A DNA stretch of 61,644 bases from a virus (taxonomy: Duplodnaviria > Caudoviricetes), in the IMG/VR virus record IMGVR_UViG_3300032069_000399, positions 1 to 61,644 of that record. The stretch is one strand, 5' to 3'. Shown here one piece after another: positions 58,085 to 61,644 of this stretch. The notes below the pieces were generated by a model. That model saw only the letters and a list, made by a program, of their open reading frames with translations, ran no database searches and had not been told where the DNA came from. The translations under genes and the position numbers were made by a program. The first letter of the stretch is position 1. Each line of letters opens with the position of its first letter.

Positions 58085-59065
58085 GTGGGGAGATTTGTGA
58101 AAGCAAAAAGTGAACAGGCATTTTTCAAGGCAGCCTTGTACGGCAAACCAGGAAGCGGCAAGACACTTACGTCTCTCCTTTGGGCGGAGGGCCTGGCCGT
58201 ACGCGACGGGAAGCGCGTCGCGCTGATCGACACGGAGAGAGGATCAGATTTCTATCTTCTTGATATTCCGGAGAGGACTGTTCATCCAAAGGCCTTCGAC
58301 TTCGATCGGCTGATAACACGCAGCCTGATGGAAACCTTGGAGGCAGTCTAAGAGCTTGATCCGAAAATCTACAGCGTTCTGATACTGGACAGCATCACCC
58401 ATCTGTGGGAGGCGGCGCGCGCCGCATACAATGGCAAGCTCCTCCCGAACGGCGGCCTACCCATCCAGGCATGGCAGCTGATCAAGAAGCCCTACAAGAA
58501 GCTCATGTCGCTGCTGCTGGATGGGTCCTTTCACGTAATCATCTGCGGACGCGAAGGCGTCGTCATGGAGCAGGACGAAGACGGCGAGATGCGGGTCACC
58601 GGCACAAAGCTCAAGGCCGAGGGCGAAACGCCTCATGAGCCGCATGTTCTCGCACGTATGTGCCCGGAGCGGGACGAGAAGGGCGGGTACATTATCAAGA
58701 TCTTCTTCGAAAAAGACCGCTCCGGAGTTCTGACCGGCAAAGAGTTCAAGTGGCCGACTTACGAGACCATCGCTCCGGTCGTCAACTACCTCTGCGGCGG
58801 AGAGCAGGGCCGCATCGGATCGCAGGAAGAAGCCGCCGAGCGCGACATCTCCGCCCAGGAAGCCGAGAAGGAAAAGGCCGAACGCGAACGCAAGGACCTG
58901 TTCGAGCAGATCCGCACGGCCCTCATGACCGCGAAAACCATCGCGCAACTCCAGACCGCCTGGAGCCTGACGAACGGCAAGAAGACCCGCCTCGGCGAGG
59001 AGTTCCACTCCCAGCTTCAGGCAATCAAGGACAGCCGCAAGGCTGAGCTTCTGGAGGTCGCATGA
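58085..59065 (+). pseudogene. AAA ATPase (Sak4/AAA_24-like recombination protein) interrupted by in-frame TAA at 58349-58351
   Basis: GGAGG RBS, GKPGSGKT, IDTE, then past the stop LILDSITHLW and HVIICGRE in the same frame. Confidence 0.8.
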
Positions 59066-59478
59066 GCGTCAAAGCCGACACGAAATACAACGGCACTGTG
59101 GGATCGGGGTCTCAGCTCTACGAGACCCAGACCGGCACTCTCGGGTATCAGGTCATGCTCGAATGCGCGGACGGATCCACTTCGTTCGTCATCTGGCTAA
59201 CCCAGAAAAACCGCGAACGCGCAAAGAAGTACTTCGAAGTCCTCGGCATCGATCCGGAACTTCTGAAAGATCCCGGCTACATCGAGTATCAGATGGGCCT
59301 CGACATCGAAGGTCGTGAAATCTCATTCGGCACCAAAAACGAGGAGTACCAAGGAAAGCACAGCGTCAAGGTGGTCTGGATCGGCAGGAAATCAGATCCA
59401 AACCTGTCCCGGAGCGCAGCCCGTTTTTTCGGATCTACCATTACCGATTCCGAAATTCCTGGTGACACTCCGTTCTGA
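59062..59478 (+). CDS. Putative ssDNA-binding protein (DUF669-like)
   Basis: Acidic C terminus ending DTPF; follows the recombinase-like gene. Confidence 0.55.
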   Translation: MSVKADTKYNGTVGSGSQLYETQTGTLGYQVMLECADGSTSFVIWLTQKNRERAKKYFEVLGIDPELLKDPGYIEYQMGLDIEGREISFGTKNEEYQGKHSVKVVWIGRKSDPNLSRSAARFFGSTITDSEIPGDTPF

Positions 59479-59489
59479 TTGAGGATCCA

Positions 59490-59810
59490 ATGAGCGGCCT
59501 GGAAGACATCCTCGAACAGCACATTCGGCTGGCTAGATTGCCCACTCCGGCGCGGGAGTTTCGTTTCCACCCGCGCCGGCGGTGGCGCTTCGATTTCGCC
59601 TGGCCGCTCTACAAGGTCGCCGCCGAAGTTGACGGCGGGATCTACTGCCGCGGCCGCCATGTCCGCGGCGCCGGGTTCGAGCGCGACGCCGAAAAAGGGA
59701 ATGAGGCGGTCCTGGCCGGCTGGCGCGTGCTTCACTTCACGCCGCGCCAGGTAAAATCGGGTACGGCCGTACAAATGATCGAATCTCTCATGCGAAGCAC
59801 CGGTCAATAA
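59490..59810 (+). CDS. PD-(D/E)xK endonuclease (Vsr/DUF559-like)
   Basis: REFRFHPRRRWRFDFAW...EVDGG...GWRVL. Confidence 0.82.
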   Translation: MSGLEDILEQHIRLARLPTPAREFRFHPRRRWRFDFAWPLYKVAAEVDGGIYCRGRHVRGAGFERDAEKGNEAVLAGWRVLHFTPRQVKSGTAVQMIESLMRSTGQ

Positions 59811-59914
59811 CGACGCTCTCGAAATGCGGCTCCCCGCCGTTGCTCTGGCCCGCGCCAATATCGTCAAAACGTGGAGATTGGCGCTGATTCCCGACAATAT
59901 AGCCGAGGCATGCG

Positions 59915-60157
59915 ATGAACAGATACGTACCGATCAAAACCCTCTGCGAGCAGACGGGCCTGTGCGAAAAGACCATCCGCAGGCTGATCAGAACCCACGG
60001 GATGCCGCATCACCGGAACACCCCGAGGGGCAAGATCCTCGTCGAGGTTGCCGCGTTCGAGCGCTACATGCGCTCGACGCTGGTCGAGATCAAGCAAGAC
60101 GACGTCGTCATCGGCGTGCTGCAGGAGTTGGCGAGTTTTATCCGAGAGGCCAGGTAG
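59915..60157 (+). CDS. Excisionase-like HTH protein
   Basis: LCEQTGLCEKTIRRLI..GMPHHR...GKILV; directly upstream of the integrase. Confidence 0.75.
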   Translation: MNRYVPIKTLCEQTGLCEKTIRRLIRTHGMPHHRNTPRGKILVEVAAFERYMRSTLVEIKQDDVVIGVLQELASFIREAR

Positions 60158-61409
60158 GCACATGGCGGTAAAGCCGGTCGAGCGTCCCAAACGAAGCGGA
60201 AAATGGTGGATCAGGATACGGTGGCAGCTGGCGCCGGGCCGGCGGTTCCGGAAATCCAAATTCATCGGCGCGGGCGAAGAAGGAAGGGACGCGGCGTTCT
60301 CCAAGGCGAAGCTCCTGAACGATGCGTGGATGAAGTTCGGGGCCGACGCCATGAAGCTGGTCGAACCGGAAATCCCCGAGCCGCCGCGAATCCCGACCCT
60401 GGAGGAATACGGGCCGGGCTTCGTCGCGAGGGCGACGGCGGCAGGCCTGAAACGCTCGACCATCACGATGTACTCGACGACGCTTAGGCATCACATCTAT
60501 CCGGCGCTCGGGAATATCGAGCTCGACAAGATCAACTACAAGGTTCTGGCGGACTTCCTTTCCTGGAAGGCCGAGATGAAGTACAGCACAGCCAGGTTCC
60601 GTAAACCGCTCGCCGACGAAGAGGAGGAAAAGGCGAGGCCACGAGGCATAGGACGGCGTTACAGCCGGGACAGCATCCGCATCATGGCGATGGTCATGCG
60701 CGCCCTTCTGTCCGAAGCCGTCAGGGACCAGATCGTGCAGATGAATCCGGTTGTCGGGCTGAGCAGGTTCTACCGCAAGAAGCGCAAGGACCGGGAGGTT
60801 CAGCGCGCCGGCGTGTACACGGCGGACGAACTCCACCGCATTGAGGACCAGCTGGCCGCCAGGAATCCCGAATATCACGAGTTCAGCCTGGCGATGAGCC
60901 GCGAGGGAATGCGCATCGGGGAAGCCATGGCCCTGACCATTCACGACATCGACTGGGGGCGCGGGACGATCATCATAAACAAGAACCTCCCCGCCGGGAT
61001 GGCTGAAGTCGAGGACAGCGCGAAGACGGATGCATCGGACCGCGAGATCGAGTTCTGGTCAACCGACTTCAGGACGGCCCTCGAAGCCATGCTCAGGAGG
61101 CGGCGCGCCGAATGGCTGGCGAAAGGCGAGCCTGCGCCTGAGACGCTCTTCTGCGAGGAATCGGGACGGCACATCGACTACAGCAGGTTCATCAAGGCGT
61201 GGAATCGAGCCCAGAGGCTGGCCGGCGTCCGTCAGAGATCTCCGCATTCATTGAGGCACACCTGGGCGTCCCAGATGATCGCGGCCGGCGAGGATATCGC
61301 GTCGGTATCGAAGCACATGGGGCACGCGAATGCGGGAATAACCCTCGGGCTGTACACTCATTTCGTGCCCAAGAAACGCCGGCTTGAAGGCACAGTTCTG
61401 GACAGGAAC

Positions 61410-61431
61410 AAGGCAACCATAGGGCAACCTG
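61410..61431 (+). promoter_or_regulatory. Putative integrase arm-type site
   Basis: aaggcaaccatagggcaacctg, near-identical to 227-248. Confidence 0.6.
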
Positions 61432-61470
61432 AGCCCGGAAACGAACGAAATGTGCTTTCGGAAAGTCTAC

Positions 61471-61562
<92 letters not shown>

Positions 61563-61644
61563 TGATCGCGGAAAAGCTTGTACCATTTTTAGCGGAGGTG
61601 GTCAAGGAAGCAGGGTCGAAAGGGCATGAGCGGAAAATCGGCGC

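Noticed and set aside
58349-58351. Stop-codon recoding (TAA readthrough)
   Set aside because: Many other genes end at TAA (capsid 18537, gp10-like 22265) and no suppressor tRNA is present

Overview
The window is essentially one complete temperate siphovirus-type prophage (about 61.4 kb) integrated in a tRNA-Thr(CGT) gene. A 61-bp direct repeat marks both ends (82-142 and 61471-61531), and the intact tRNA lies on the minus strand at 61487-61562. From left to right it carries: a minus-strand cargo operon (2-TM protein, Fe-S flavodoxin-like protein, radical SAM-SPASM-GNAT fusion); DnaB and a replication initiator with an internal origin; a late regulator, HNH and a candidate cos region; a ParB-like gene and a split C5 DNA methyltransferase; an FRG/JAB moron; an HK97-type head and long-tail module; a phage tRNA-Thr-like gene; four paralogous tail-region genes in A-B-A'-B' order; lysis genes; a defence cluster (Panacea TA, EVE, type III R-M, sacsin-DUF3883, UvrD-nuclease, RadC, GIY-YIG); a CI/Cro switch; early recombination genes; xis and a tyrosine integrase. 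The most unusual items are (1) a C5 methyltransferase encoded as one catalytic half plus three separate TRD-motif IX/X halves, (2) the radical SAM-GNAT cargo operon, and (3) twin promoters with phased CGCAT repeats and 19-bp spacers in front of the two early operons that integration separates. All product calls come from motifs read by eye; no database searches were run.
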